Positions 48,845-61,745 are shown, counted from the first letter of the stretch. The stretch is DNA of 64,000 nt from Hypanus sabinus (GCF_030144855.1 NC_082727.1:18724001-18788000); one strand, 5' to 3'. Translations and numbers: made by a program. Notes: generated from the sequence alone by a model not told the origin.

Positions 48845-48944
48845 CTTGCAAAAGAAAAGGTAGCGGTCAATAAACCTTGCAACAGGCAGAGTTATCGGAA
48901 ATGTTAAATTTCTGTACAGTCTAAACACAAAGCACACTGTCCAG

Positions 48945-49755
48945 ACACTGTCCCATCACACACTCCTGGAGATCAGGTACAGAGTGAAGCTCCCTCTGCG
49001 CTGTCCCATCACACACTTCTGGCGTCAGACACAGAGTGAAGCTTCCTCCACACTGTCTCATCACATATTCCTCGAGATCAGGTACAGAGTGAAGCTCTTG
49101 ACACTGTCCCATCACACATTCCTGGAGATCAGGTACAGAGTGAAGCTCTTGACACTGTCTCATCACACACTCCTGGGGTCAGAGACAGATTGAAGCTCCC
49201 TCTGCGCTGTCCCATCACACACTTCTGGCGTCAGACACAGAGTGAAGCTTCCTCCACACTGTCCCATCACACATTCCTGGAGATCAGGTACAGAGTGAAG
49301 CTCTTGACACTGCCCCATCACACACTCCTGGGGTCAGAGACAGAGTGAAGCTCCCTCTGCGCTGTCCCATCACACACTTCTGGCGTCAGACACAGAGTGA
49401 AGCTTCCTCCACACTGTCTCATCACACATTCCTCGAGATCAGGTACAGAGTGAAGCTCTTGTCACTGTCCCATCACACACTCCTGGGGTCAGAGACAGCG
49501 TGAAGCTCCCTCTGCGCTGTCCCATCACACACTTCTGGGGTCAGACACAGAGTGAAGCTCCCTCCACACTGTCTCATCACACATCACTGACATCAGACAC
49601 AGAGTGAAACTCCTGCCACACCGTCCCATCACACCCGGGGTCAGATACAGAGTGAAGCTCCCTCCGTATTGTACCATCACACACTCCTGGGATTGGATAC
49701 AGAGTGAAGCTCCCTCCACACCGCCCCATTACACACCCCTGGGGTCAGGCACTGA
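48945..49755. repeat. Minisatellite of 51-53-bp units with a 155-bp trimeric higher-order repeat
   Basis: Unit consensus about ACACTGTCCCATCACACACTCCTGGGGTCAGACACAGAGTGAAGCTCCCTCT. A-type units start at 48998, 49204, 49359 and 49514. Confidence 0.95.
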
Positions 49756-50820
49756 ATGCAGTTCCTTCCTTATCATCCCATGTCACACTCTTGGGGTTAA
49801 ATACAGTTAAACTCCTTTTGAACAATTCCATCACAATCCCAGGCAGGGGCAGCACAGGTTAGACACAATAAAGTTCTTCCATAGCACTCCATCAAACACT
49901 CCAGGACATTTGCAACACAGGTTTGGAAGATAACTTCTCCAAGGACATTTTCCAGTCCCATGTGTACAGCTGGAACCACAGAAGCTGTCGAACTCAATAA
50001 GCTTCACAGCTGCTCTGTGACAAGTTACACCCATCCATGTGGGAAACGCTGATGCTGCAGAGGGTGGGGAACAGAAGAGAGCGCAGTTCTGCTGGAAATG
50101 TGGCTGCCCAATCTCTCAGACCAAACTCTTACAGCAATTGCCATCATGTCGTGTGAAGGAGAATTATCAGCCAGAAACTAGAGGCAGGACCCTCTCCTCC
50201 AAGACATTTTATATCTGCTCTCCCTCGTAACTCCCTGGATTATACAGGTCAGCGGGGGCTGGCTCACAGTCAGAATGACCTCTAGTGACCTCAATGCAGT
50301 AGGTCAGCTGTCACTTGCAACAGATTCCTCAACCTGTAACATTAACCCTGTTTTTTTCTCTCCACACAATACAGTTATTGGCAGGGTACTTGGCAGTGTG
50401 GAGCAAGAGAGGGATCTTGGGGTCCACATCACAGATCACTCAAAATTGCCACACAACTGTCCACAGGGTGGTTAAAAAGGCACGTGGTGCATCAGCCTTC
50501 TCTGGTCAGGGGACAGAGTTCATGAGCCTATTTAAAACTCTGGTTAGACCACACTAAGAATATTATGCTCACTTCTGGTTGCCTCATTACAGGAAGGACA
50601 TGGACACTACAGAGAGGGTGCAGAGGAGATTTACCAGGATGCTGCCTGGATTAGACACCATGCCTTATGAGGATAGGCTGAACAAGCTATGGGTTTTCTC
50701 TTTGGAGCAAAGGAGCATGATGGTGACTTGATAGAGGTGTACAAGATGATAACAAGCATAGATCGAGTGGATAGCCAGAAACTTTTTCTCAGGGAGAAAT
50801 GGCTAATACAAGGAGGTATA

Positions 50821-50885
50821 CAGTACTGTGCAAAAATCTTAGGCACATGTATATCTGTGGTGCCTAAGACTTTTGCACAGAACTG
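50821..50885. mobile_element. 65-bp Tc1-type MITE
   Basis: TA-CAGTACTGTGCAAAAATCTTAGGCAC...GTGCCTAAGACTTTTGCACAGAACTG-TA. Confidence 0.9.
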
Positions 50886-50921
50886 TATATTGGTTAAAAT
50901 AGGAAGGTGATTGGAAAACAG

Positions 50922-52468
50922 GGCTTGATGGTCTGCATCCCAGGGTAATTAACGAGGTGGCTCTAGAAATCGTGGACGCACTGGTAATCATTTTCCAATG
51001 TTCTATAGATTCAGTATCAGTCCCTGAGGATTGGAGGACAGCTAAGGTTATCCCACTTTTTAAAGAAAGGGGGGAGAGAAAACGGAATTATAGACCAGCT
51101 AGCCTGATATCAGTGGTGGGGAAGATGCTGGAGTCAATTATAAAAGATGAAATAACTGCACATTTGGATAGCAGTAACAGGATTGATCCGAGTCAGCATG
51201 GATTTACGAAAGGGAAATCATGCTTGATTAATCTTCTGGAATCTTTTGAGGATGTAACTATGAAAATGGACAAGGGACAGCCAGTGGATGTAGTGTACCT
51301 GGACGTTCAGAAAACCTTTGATAAGGTCCCACATAGGAGATTAGTGGGCAAAATTAGAGCACATGGTATTGGGGGTAGGGTACTGACATGGATAGAAAAT
51401 TGGTTGGCAGACAGGAAACAAAGAGTAGGGATTAACAGGTCCTTTTCAGAATGGCAGGCAGTGACTAGTGGGGTACCGCAAGGCTCGGTGCTGGGACTGC
51501 AGCTATTTACAATAAACATCAATGATTTAGATGAAGGGATTAAAAGTAACATTAGCAAATTTGCAGATGACACAAAGCTGGGTGGCAGTGTGAAATATGA
51601 GCAGGATGTTAGGAGAATGCAGGGTGACTTGGACAGGTTGGGTGAGTGGGCAGATGCAGTTTAATGTGGGTAAATGTGAGATTATCCACTTGGTGGCAAG
51701 AACAGGAAGGCAGATTACTACCAGAGTGGTGTCAAGTTAGGAAAAGGGGAAGTACAATGAGATCTAGGTGTTTTTGTTCATCAATCACTGAAAGTAAGCA
51801 TGCAGGTACAGCAGGCAGTGAAGAAAGCTAATGGCATGTTGGCCTTCGTAACAAGGGGACTTGAGTATAGGAGCAAAGAGGTCCTTCTGCAGTTGTACAA
51901 GGCCCTGGTGAGACCACACCTGGAGTATTGTATGCAGTTTTGGTCTCCAAATTTGAGGAAGGACATTCTTGCTAATGAGGGAGTGTAGCGTAGATTCACG
52001 AGGTTAATTCCCGGGATGGTGGGACTGTCATATGTTGAAAGACGGGAGTGCCTGGGCTTCTATACACTGGAATTTAGAAGGATGAGAGGGGATCTGATTG
52101 AAACATTAACATTATTAAGGGACCGGACACGCCAGAGGCAGGAAACATGTTTCCGATGTTGGGGGAGTCCAGAACCAGAGGCCACAGCTTAATAATAAAG
52201 GGTAGGCCATTTAGAACGGAGTTGAGGAAAAACTTTTTCACCAGAGAGTTGTGGATCTATGGAATGCTCTGCCTCAGAAGGCAGTGGGGGCCAATTCTCT
52301 GGATGCTTTCAAGAAAGAGTTGGATAGAGCTCTTAAAGATAGCGTAGTCAAGGGATATGGGAAGAAGGCAGGAACGGGGTACTGATTGTGGATGATCAGC
52401 CATGATGACAGTGAATGGCGGTGCTGGCTCGAAGGGCTGAATGGCCTACTCCTGCACCAATTGTCTAT
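50922..52468 (+). mobile_element. Younger 5'-truncated CR1 with RT ORF (235 aa, then frameshifted) and 7-bp TSD
   Basis: ORF 50957..51664 contains QHGFTKGKSC, GVPQGSVLG and KFADDTKL; TSD AAAACAG at 50915-50921 and 52469-52475. Confidence 0.93.
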
Positions 52469-52535
52469 AAAACAGAAATAAGACTTCTTAGCTTATTAGC
52501 TGAGTGTTATTTGGTAACTCAAAAGATATGTTATA

Positions 52536-52602
52536 CAGTACTGTGCAAAAGACTTAAGCACTCTAGGTTTATAAATATGCCTGAAACTTTTGCACGGCAC
52601 TG
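52536..52602. mobile_element. 67-bp Tc1-type MITE (second copy)
   Basis: TA-CAGTACTGTGCAAAAGACTTAAGCAC...GCCTGAAACTTTTGCACGGCACTG-TA. Confidence 0.85.
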
Positions 52603-53017
52603 TAACTTAAAGGTGATTCGAGGAAAATAAAGTGGGATATCAGAGGATGATCTTTAACATAGAGAGTGGCACACCCTGTCTGGTGTGGCAGTACAGGCAG
52701 ATACATTAGGAACATTTAAGAGACCCTTAGGCACATGGATGATAGAAAAGAGGACTACGGGAGAAGGAAAGGACGTGAGAAGATTGTGAGGAGTTTAAAA
52801 GGCTGGCACAACATTGGGGGCCAAAGAGCCAAAACTGTGCTGTAATGTTCTATGTCGCAGATGCTGCCTGACCTGTTGAGTACCTGAGTGGCTTCTGGTT
52901 CAGAGTTCTGCTGTAGTTTACTTTGCAATGTCCTGCACAAGGCTGTACATTAGATCCCTGGAGACCTTCATTCCAAACTGTGTCCCTGTACCAGTTACCA
53001 ATTCACATCCTTCTCAC

Positions 53018-53186
53018 CTTGGTCTCTCAGACCTTCTAGAAGTTTGCTGAAGACGCCTCTGTGTGACTTTCCATCGGGATGCGTGATGAGGACATCCACG
53101 TCGCCACAGGTGGGCTTTCCACGGCGGAAGGAGCCGCAGGCAAAGCCGATCAGGCCTGGATTAATGGAGCGAGCCGTGTTGCACAC
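53018..53186 (-). CDS. POLL: POLL exon with catalytic DVD ([24 protein letters not shown])
   Basis: ctccag / gtgaga boundaries on -; family-X signature GSxRRG...GDVD. Confidence 0.97.
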
Positions 53187-55098
53187 CTGGAGAACACACA
53201 ATGATCCCAATGGCTCCATCAATTCAATATTTTGTTTCCTTCCATGCTGCTCCAGCTGTACAAAATTCTCTCTTGCTCATTCCCTACTCTGACACTTCAA
53301 ATTGTCATTTACCTGTCCTATGCACCGCATGCATTTTCCATTATATTTTACTACCATATTTATGGTAGTATTTGGTTTCTGTGTGTGTGAGATATGTTTT
53401 GTGAGTTACGCTGTGTTTCATTTGGTTATATACTGTATATGTACAGTCAGATGATATTAACTTGAACTTGATTACCTTCAACATCTTCCCTGGTCTGAGG
53501 ATCACATTTACCTCAATGTATTGGTGCTACAGCTGGATGTGAGTGAGGAATCCTGATGACCTCTCTAATGATTCTGGAGAGATGGTGGTGTGCTCAGACG
53601 TAACAGATTCCACTGGCCAACCAAAGCTGTTATTGATCTTGCTATGATCGCAAGAACCTGCTGGACATGAAGAACTTAAAGTACTGCAAGTCTACCCCAT
53701 TGGTGAGTTGCTCGTTGGCGGAGAAACTGAAGGAGCTGGACTTGGTGTGGATCATGCTGCTGCCTGCATGACGGTAGTGTACAATCTAACGGCAAGTCAT
53801 GGTTGTTTTTCTTGTGATCATAAGACCCTGTTGGGCACTGGTAAGTGGAATGCTGCGTCCGCTTCACTGTTTTATTGGCGAATGGCGGGGGAACTGTGTG
53901 GCCTCGGTTGTAGCAAGGACTAGGTTTCAAACCACAGTGGCACCTGCTTGCAGCTGCCCAGGAGAGAGGTGTCGGAGTCCGTACGCTCCACCAAAGGCAG
54001 TGTGGCGTAGCGTCCATACTTGTTTCGGTGCTGCCCTTCAAAGTTCTCTTGGCAGAAGACAAGATGTGCTGAGTTTGACCGCAGACTGCTGCAACATTCA
54101 CAGATGCAGGGACTTGGACTATATGTTTTTATGTATAACTGTGTTTTCTCACTGTCTTATATGTGTTATATTTGCCTATACTGTGAATGACTGTTGATTC
54201 TGTGTGAATTGCACCAGGGCCCCAGAGTAATACCGTTCCCCTTGTCTGTATTCATGGGTATTCCATCTATGGTTGAACTACAGTTGAATATGAATTTGAA
54301 TTTAAACCGTGTAATGGTCAGACAGTGTAAGCTGCCTTTTCTCAGCTCCCCAAGACGTGGCTGGGGGAGCAGGTGCTGCTGCAGTATCCTTAGCTTTGTC
54401 ACATGTACATCAAACACACAGTGAAATGCATCATTGGCATCAGAAACCAATAAAGTCCAAGGATGTGCTGGGGACAGCCCACTAGTGTTGTCCTGCTTCT
54501 GATCCCAACATAGCATGCCCATAACTTACCAATCTTAACCCGTACGTCTTTGGAAGGTGGGGGGAAACTGGACTACCCAGAGTCACAGGAACAATGTTCA
54601 AGTTCCTTACAGATCGTGGTGGGAGTTAACTCTGTAAAGCAGTAGAGTAACTTCTACGCTACTGTGCCGCCCATGAAAGAAGCATCACTGAATGCATTCC
54701 ATCTGTGAATTTAGAGGTTGGCTTTTCTCAGACAGACCCTTGCTGGGCGTCTGTATTGATTTGCAAACCCCTGCCAGGGGAGTGGCTGCTGACCAATCCC
54801 CAACCTGGGGCTTGTGAGGCAGGAGGCACGTCCGCCCACACCCATGCTTGCTGGAGCAGTGTTTTCCTGCGTTCGCCACTTGGTGGTGGAAGGAGGCAGC
54901 TATGAGCTGGCTCCTGCACGCATCACGTGTGGTCAGACGTGCTCAGTTTTCCGCAGGGGAGAATGTACTGATGAACTCAACATATCGACTATCAAAGAGT
55001 CATGGAGAACTGCAGCACAGAAGCAGACTCTTAGGCCCCTCATTTGCTCCTCTTGCAGTTTACTCTGCTATGCTCTCTTGAATCACCCAGATACAGCC

Positions 55099-55265
55099 GG
55101 CCGATGGTGCAGTGGCACCTGCACCGGACTTCGAGGCGAGTGGTCCCGGGTTTGAATCTGGCCGGCTCCTCACAATCTTTCCATCTGTGTTGGGTTGAGC
55201 ATTGAGCCAGCAACTCGGCCTCATGCAAAGTAAACAAAATGCTAAAGGAACGGCAAGGTTACCAT
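55099..55265 (+). mobile_element. tRNA-derived SINE (distinct family)
   Basis: A-box TGGTGCAGTGG and B-box GGTTTGAATC (55149-55158), then a non-tRNA body; no acceptor stem or CCA. Confidence 0.7.
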
Positions 55266-55593
55266 CTGATTCCCCACACAGGAATAACAGCCTCCATACA
55301 GCATATGTAATTGTTCAGTGAATTCCCAGTAGTTACAGTGCAGTTGCTTCTGTGCTTTTTCTAGAAACTTCTTAGTTTTTAGTAGCAGGTGGCATGCCAC
55401 CTGATTCAGGCTACTTTATAGGTTAATAGATATCACTGGAATTTTTGTTTTCTCTAGCGAGTATGAGGTGACCTTTTTCCTTTGTCTTTGGGCTCCTCTT
55501 TTGTTCATTTTTGCTCTTATACAACTTTATAAAACCATCGTAGGCAACAGGTTTTTTGTGTCATTCTGAAGAACCTTTGGATCACAGACGTAT

Positions 55594-58115
55594 GGGGAAG
55601 ATGCTGGAGTCAATTATAAAAGAGGAAATTACGACACATTTGGACAGCAGTAGAAGGATCAGTCCCGGTCAGCATGGATTTAGACAATAGACAATAGGTG
55701 CAGAAGTAGACCTTTCGGCCCTTCAAGCCTGCACCGCCATTCTGAGATCATGGCTGATCAATTACTATCAATACCCTGTTCCTGCCTTGTCCCCATAATC
55801 CCTTGATTCCCCTATCCATAAGATACCTATCTAGCTTCTTCTTGAAAGCATCCAGAGAATTGGCCTCCACTGCCTTCCTAGGCAGTGCATTCCGGACCCC
55901 CACAACTCTCTGGGAGAAGAAGTTTTTCCTTAACTCTGTCCTAAATGACTTGCCCCTTATTCTCAAACCATGCCCTCTGGTACTGGACTCTCCCAGCATC
56001 TGGAACATATTTCCTGCCTCTATCTTGTCCAATCCCTTAATAATCTTATATCAGATCCCCTCTCAATCTCCTTAATTCCAGCATGTACAAGCCCAGTCCC
56101 TCTAACCTTTCTGCGTAGGACAGTCCAGACATCCCAGGAATTAACCTCGTGAATCTACGCTGCACTTCCTCTACAGCCAGGATGTCTTTCCTTAACCCTG
56201 GAGACCAAAACTGTACACAATACTCCAGGTGTGGTCTCACCAGGGCTCTGTATAAATGCAAGAGGATTTCCTTGCTCTTGTACTCAATTCCCTTTGTAAT
56301 AAAGACCAACATTCCATTAGCCTTCTTCACTGCCTGCTGCACTTGCTCATTCACCTTCAGTGACTGATGAACAAGGACTCCGAGATCTCTTTGTATTTCT
56401 CCCTTACCCAACTCTACACCGCTCAGATAATAATCTGCTTTCCTGTTCTTACACCCAAAATGGATAACCTCACACTTATTCACATTAAATGTCATCTGCC
56501 AAGTATCTGCCCACTCACCCAGCCTATCCAAGTCACCCTGAATTCTCCTAACATCCTCATCACATGCCACACTGCCACACAGCTTAGTATCATCAGCAAA
56601 TTTGCTGATGTTATTTTTTATGCCTTCATCCAAATCGTTAACGTAAATGGTAAACAGCTGTGGTCCCAATACCGAGCCCTGTGGCACCCCACTAGTCACC
56701 ACCTGCCATTCCGAGAAACACCCATTCACCGCTACCCTTTGCTTTCTATCTGCCAACCAGTTTTCTATCAATGTCAATGCCTCCCCCCCCCCCGATGCCC
56801 TGAGCTTTGATTTTACCCACCAATCTTCTATGTGGGACCTTATCAAATTTATGAAGGGAAAATCATGCTTGACTAATCTTCTGGAGTTTTTTGAGGATGT
56901 AACTATGAAAATGGACAAGAGAGAGCCAGTGGATGTAGTGTACCTGGACTTCCAGAAAGCTTTTGATAAAGTCCCACATAGGAGATTAGTGGGCAAAATT
57001 AGGGCACATGGTATTGGGGGCAGAGTACTGACATGGATTGAAAATTGGCTGGCTGACAGGAAACAAAGAGTAGTGATTAACGGGTCCCTTTCGGAATGGC
57101 AGGCTGTGACCAGTAGGGTACTGCAATGTTCGGTGCTGGGACCACAGCTGTTTACAATATACATTAATGAGTTAAATGAAGGGATTAAAGTAACATTAGC
57201 AAATTTGCTGATGACACAAAGCTGGGTGGCAGTGTGAAAAGTCAGAAGGATGTTATGAGAATGCAGGGTGACTTGGACAGGTTGGGTGAGTGGGCAAATG
57301 TATGGCAGATGCAGTTTAATGTGGATAAATATGAGATTATCCACTTGGTGGCAAGAACAGGAAGGCAGATCACTACCAGAGTGGTGTCAAGTTAGGAAAA
57401 GGGGAAGTACAATGAGATCTAAGTTCTTGTACATCAGTCAATGAAAGCAAGCATGCAGGTACAGCAGGCAGTGAAGAAAGCTAATGGCATGCTGGCCTTT
57501 ATAACAAGGGGAATTGAGTATTGGAGTAAAGAGGTCCTTCTGCAGCCATACAGGGCCCTGGTGAGACCCCACCTGGAGAATTGTGTGCAGTTTTGGTCTC
57601 CAAACTTGAGTAAGGACATTCCTGCTATTGAGGGAGTGCAACATAGGTTCACAAGGTTAATTCCCGGAATGGCGGGACTACGTTGAAAGATTGGAGCGAC
57701 GGGGCTTGTATACACTGGAATTTAGAAGGATGAGAGGGGATTGATTGAAACATAAGATTATTAAGGGACTGGACACGCTGGAGGCAGGAAGCATGTTCCC
57801 ACTGATGGGTGAGTCCAGAACTAGAAACCATAGTTTGAGAATAAGGGGTAGGCCATTTAGAACAGAGATGCGGAAAAACTTTTTCACCCAGAGAGTGGTG
57901 GATATGTGGAATGCTCTGCCCCAGAAGGCAGAGGAGGCCAAGTCTCTGGATGCATTCAAGAGAGAGTTGGATAGAGCTCTTATAGATAGCGGGGTCAAGG
58001 GATATGGGGAGAGGGCAGGAACAGGGTACTGATTGTGTATGACCAGCCATGATCACAGTGAATGGTGGTGCTGGCTAGAAGGGCTGAATGGCCTACTCCT
58101 GCACCTACTGTCTAT
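55594..58115 (+). mobile_element. CR1 RT/3' copy (55594-55682 plus 56847-58115) interrupted by an opposite-strand CR1
   Basis: GKMLESIIKEEI..QHGF continues as MKGKSCLTNLLEFF after the insert; CR1 tail near 58100. Confidence 0.9.
55683..56846 (-). mobile_element. CR1 RT/3' copy inserted antisense into the previous copy
   Basis: (CAATAGA)n tail at 55683; GVPQGSVLGP and KFADDTKL on -; ATTTA duplicated at 55678-55682 and 56847-56851. Confidence 0.9.
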
Positions 58116-58914
58116 TGTATCAGGATCCCAAGGAGCTGGTGCAATTTAAGATAAAGGTAGCAACAGTTCAGAGGAGCTCAGGGCAAGAGAATGTCAAAGT
58201 GGCCTTTGGAAAAAGTTGTGGCTGAGGTTTCATCCAATGATGAGCATAGCAATGGTGGAGATGACCATCAATCTTTCCAGTTTCAAGTGGGAGGAAATTT
58301 CTTTTCACCCGTCACTGGGTATCAAACATGCAGCCTACAGAGGAGGGATCAGGAGAGATACAGAGCGTCACAGAAAGCTCGACAAGATCATTGAGCGACA
58401 GAGGGATGAGAGGGCTGGGGACTCTGGAACCCTCAGTGGAGGGTAACAGGGATTGTGTGCCCCTCCAGTGGAGGGTGGAATGGTCCATCATCTCAGGAGG
58501 CTGAGGAGCATATGACATATGACCCTACAAGAACAGTTTCAGTACTGCTGCAGAAGCTGCAGCAGGGAAAGGGTTAAGTGAAGGGGGCAGCCAGCTGCAG
58601 CTGTACATAATAGGAGAATAAATTCCCACGTGAACAGCAATAAAGGACCAAGGACATGCACACACAGCAAGATACTGAAATGAAGGATTGCAGGCACACA
58701 CATCACTTTACCAACACCAAGGTATATACATGTAGTTTCCATTGGTTACTATCACCTGAAGAATGTATTGTGATTGATATTCGGATAATAAAAATAATAA
58801 TAAAGAATTGGAAAGTTGGGTCAATATTTATATAAAATTGATTATTCTGAGCTGAAGTCTCAGAACAGTTTGGAGACGGGGCTGAATTGTTCTCCTTGTT
58901 CACAAGTAAATAAA

Positions 58915-59400
58915 GTGAGACTGAATTGATGCTGCATAGAAAACTTTCTGCCCAGATGATTACAGCTTGGTCTGGTAACCGCTCTGCCTGTGACCACAAG
59001 AGACTGCAGAGAGTAGTGGACACATCATGGAAACCAGCCTCCCCTCCATGGAGTCTGTCTTTACTTCTCACTGTCTCGGTAAGGCAGCCAGCAGAAGCAA
59101 GGAGCCCACCCACCCTGGACATTCGCTCTCCCATCGGGCAGAAGGTCGAACAGCCTGAAAGCACATACCAGCAGGCTCAAGGACAGCTTCTGTCCAATGT
59201 CATCAGACTCTCGGACAGATCTCGTGTATGGCAACACGGACTCACAATCTACCTCCTAATGATCTTGCACTTCATTGTGTACCTGCACAGTGCTCTCTCA
59301 GTTTTACTTTATGCTAACTCAGTGGGTACATAACGATCTGATCTGTATATGCAAGGCAATCTGTGCACTGTATCTCGGTACATGAGGCAGTAATAGACCA
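58915..59400 (+). mobile_element. Rex1/Babar-like LINE 3' fragment
   Basis: MITAWSGNRSACDHKRLQRVV relic (ORF 58926..59333). Confidence 0.7.
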
Positions 59401-59739
59401 ACAGCAGTTCCAACTGGGAGATGAGGGCGAATTGTTAGAGTCCACCTATTCGGTGATAACACTGTGACAGGATCCAGGATGGGAGAAGGGCCAGTCCCAG
59501 AACAGTGGAGTGACTGTAGTACTGGTTGATGCCTTTCCCACGAGTTGATAGATGCCCCATCAGCCCTCCCAAAAGGGCGAGAGGGAGAGCTTATCAATGA
59601 TTCTACTTGTTGGGAGGGCATGTGTGGGTAGTCATTTCAGGGGTTAGCTCAGATGAGGGAATGCGCTGAGCTGAAAGACTTTGTTTGGCAGTCCCATCTC
59701 GCCCGAAACACTCACATGCTCATAAACAGAAGGACTTAC

Positions 59740-59868
59740 AGTGCTCTCGATCTCAGCAGCCTCTTCTCGGGGCATCCGATCCAGGAAATCATGGTAGTGT
59801 TTGAGGCCAATTGTCTGGTGACTGGTGAGAGTGGCTTTCGTCTTAATGTCCTCTAAAGTTCTGAAGCC
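59740..59868 (-). CDS. POLL: POLL exon ([43 protein letters not shown])
   Basis: cttccag / gtaagt boundaries on -; 129 nt, phase 0-0. It is not in the ORF track and was found by reverse-complement reading. Confidence 0.95.
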
Positions 59869-60914
59869 CTGGAAGACACACCGACATGAATTGTGCAGAG
59901 TATAAGTGAAAGGTTTTGCTTTTCACGAGAAACTTTGATTAAAAGCCCAGAGTGGGCTGTGGAAACCCGAATAGGTTAGAGTTTCAAAGTGAGGAGTCAC
60001 CATTCCGGTCTCATATCAGAAGAATCTCTTCACCCACAAGACCATAAAACAAAGGAAAAGAATTAGGCCACTCAGCCCATCGAGCCTGTCCTGTTCTGCC
60101 ATTCCATCATGGCTGGATTATTATCCCTCTCAACCCAAGTCTTATGCCCTTTTTCCTGTAACCTTTAATGTTCTGACTAATCAAGAAACAATCAATCTCC
60201 TCTTTTAAAAATATTTGGACTTGGCCTCCACAGCTGCCTGTGGCAAAGAATTCCACAGATTCCCCACCGTCTGACTAAAGAAATTCATCCTTCTATACTG
60301 ATGCTGTGCCCTGTGGTCCTAGACTCTCCTACTATGGAAATATCCTCTCCACTCTACACTTTATCTAGATCATTGGTTTCTAATCTGGGGTCCATGGACA
60401 CCTTGCTTAATGGTATCAGTCCATGGCATAAGAAAAGCTTGGGAACCCCCGATCCAGATGATGAACCGAAGGAGACTGGAGAGGGTTAGTCAATGAAACA
60501 TCCAAGGTAGAGTTCTATAGGTATCAAGAGAATCAGGAAGATAAATGGGAAAGGAAAGTGGTGCTGAGGCAAAGGAGCTGCCATGATTCTGTTCCAAGCC
60601 TAGCTGTAGGGTAATTGGTAATTACAGTACATGGTAATTGGCTTATTATTATCACATGTACTTATTGACTCATCATTTTCGCTTTCTATCCCTGCTCAAG
60701 CTCTTAGACTTTTTCTGCCGGTTTCATAAATTTAAACAATTTCCTCAAAAGATAATTATCAGGTTAGCTCTTTTGAACTACACTTCTAAATTGTGGATTC
60801 AAAACCTAAGATGCAGCCAGATGACAGTTTTAAATGCCAGCTCAAAACCCATTTATTTAACCTTGCTTTTAACTAACATCAATTTACCTACAATTCACCT
60901 ACTGACACAACTGA

Positions 60915-61745
60915 CCGACAGATGACGCAATAGCCACAGCTCTACACACCATACTTACACATCTGGAGAAGGATGCTTATGTGAGAATGCTGTTCTTGGA
61001 CTACAGTTCAGCATTCAACACCATAGTTCCATCCAGGCTGAACAAGAAGCTCAGAGACTTCGGCCTTCACCCTGCCTTGTGTAGCTGGACTTCCTGTCAG
61101 ATTACCAGCAGGTGGTAAAGGTGGGCTCCCTCAAAAGAGGAGCCCCTCAGGGCGGTGTCCTAAGCCCCCTCCTTTACTCTCTGTATACCCATGACTGTGT
61201 CGCTACCCACAGCTCCGATCTGCTGATTAAATTCGCTGATGACACTACACTGATTGGCCTAATCTCAAATAATAATGAGGCAGCCTACAGAGAAGAAGTC
61301 ATCACCCTGACGTAGAAAATGTCGCAAAAACAAAGGAGCTGGTTGTGGATTACAGGAGAAATAGAGACAGGCCAGCCCTTATTGACCATCAGTGGATCTG
61401 GGGTTGAGAGGGTGAACAGCTTTAAGTTCCTCGGCTTACACATCACCGAGGATCTCACGTGATCTCTACATGCCGACTGTGCGGTGAAAAAAGCACAACA
61501 GCACCTCTTTCACCTCAGACGGTTGAAGAAGTTTGGTATGGGCCCCCAAATCCTAAGAACTTTCTACAGGGGCACAATTGAGAGCATCCTGACTGGCTGC
61601 ATTACTGCCTGGTATGGGAACCCTCAATCGCAGAACTCTGCAGAGAGTGGTGCAGACAGCCCAGCGCATCTGTAGTTGTGAACGTCCCACAATTCAGGAC
61701 ATTTACAAAGACAGGCGTGTAAAAAGGGCCCAAAGGACTTTTACT
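60915..61745 (+). mobile_element. Rex1/Babar-like (CR1/L2 group) RT fragment
   Basis: [39 protein letters not shown] and LRRLKKFG motifs (ORFs 61112, 61484). Confidence 0.85.

Larger units (their letters stand above)
50375..52855 (+). mobile_element. Older CR1 3' fragment (50375-50820 plus 52603-52855) split at a TA by a composite insert
   Basis: The flanks AGGAGGTA-TA-ACTTAAAGGTGATT rejoin into a continuous CR1 3' sequence. Confidence 0.75.

Noticed and set aside
48945-49755. Regularly spaced repeats resembling a CRISPR array
   Set aside because: The units are near-identical over their full length with no unique spacers, there are no cas genes, and the context is a vertebrate intron. It is a minisatellite, and the ORFs across it are artefacts.
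55099-55170. tRNA gene
   Set aside because: A and B boxes are present, but there is no cloverleaf acceptor stem and it continues into a SINE body.
56046-57344. 432-aa ORF on -, the longest in the window
   Set aside because: It is chimeric. The first half is the antisense reading of the + CR1 and the second half is the RT of the nested - CR1. It is not a host gene.
58191-58518. Overlapping short ORFs (67-76 aa) as a nested gene
   Set aside because: No recognisable domain, splice architecture or promoter.
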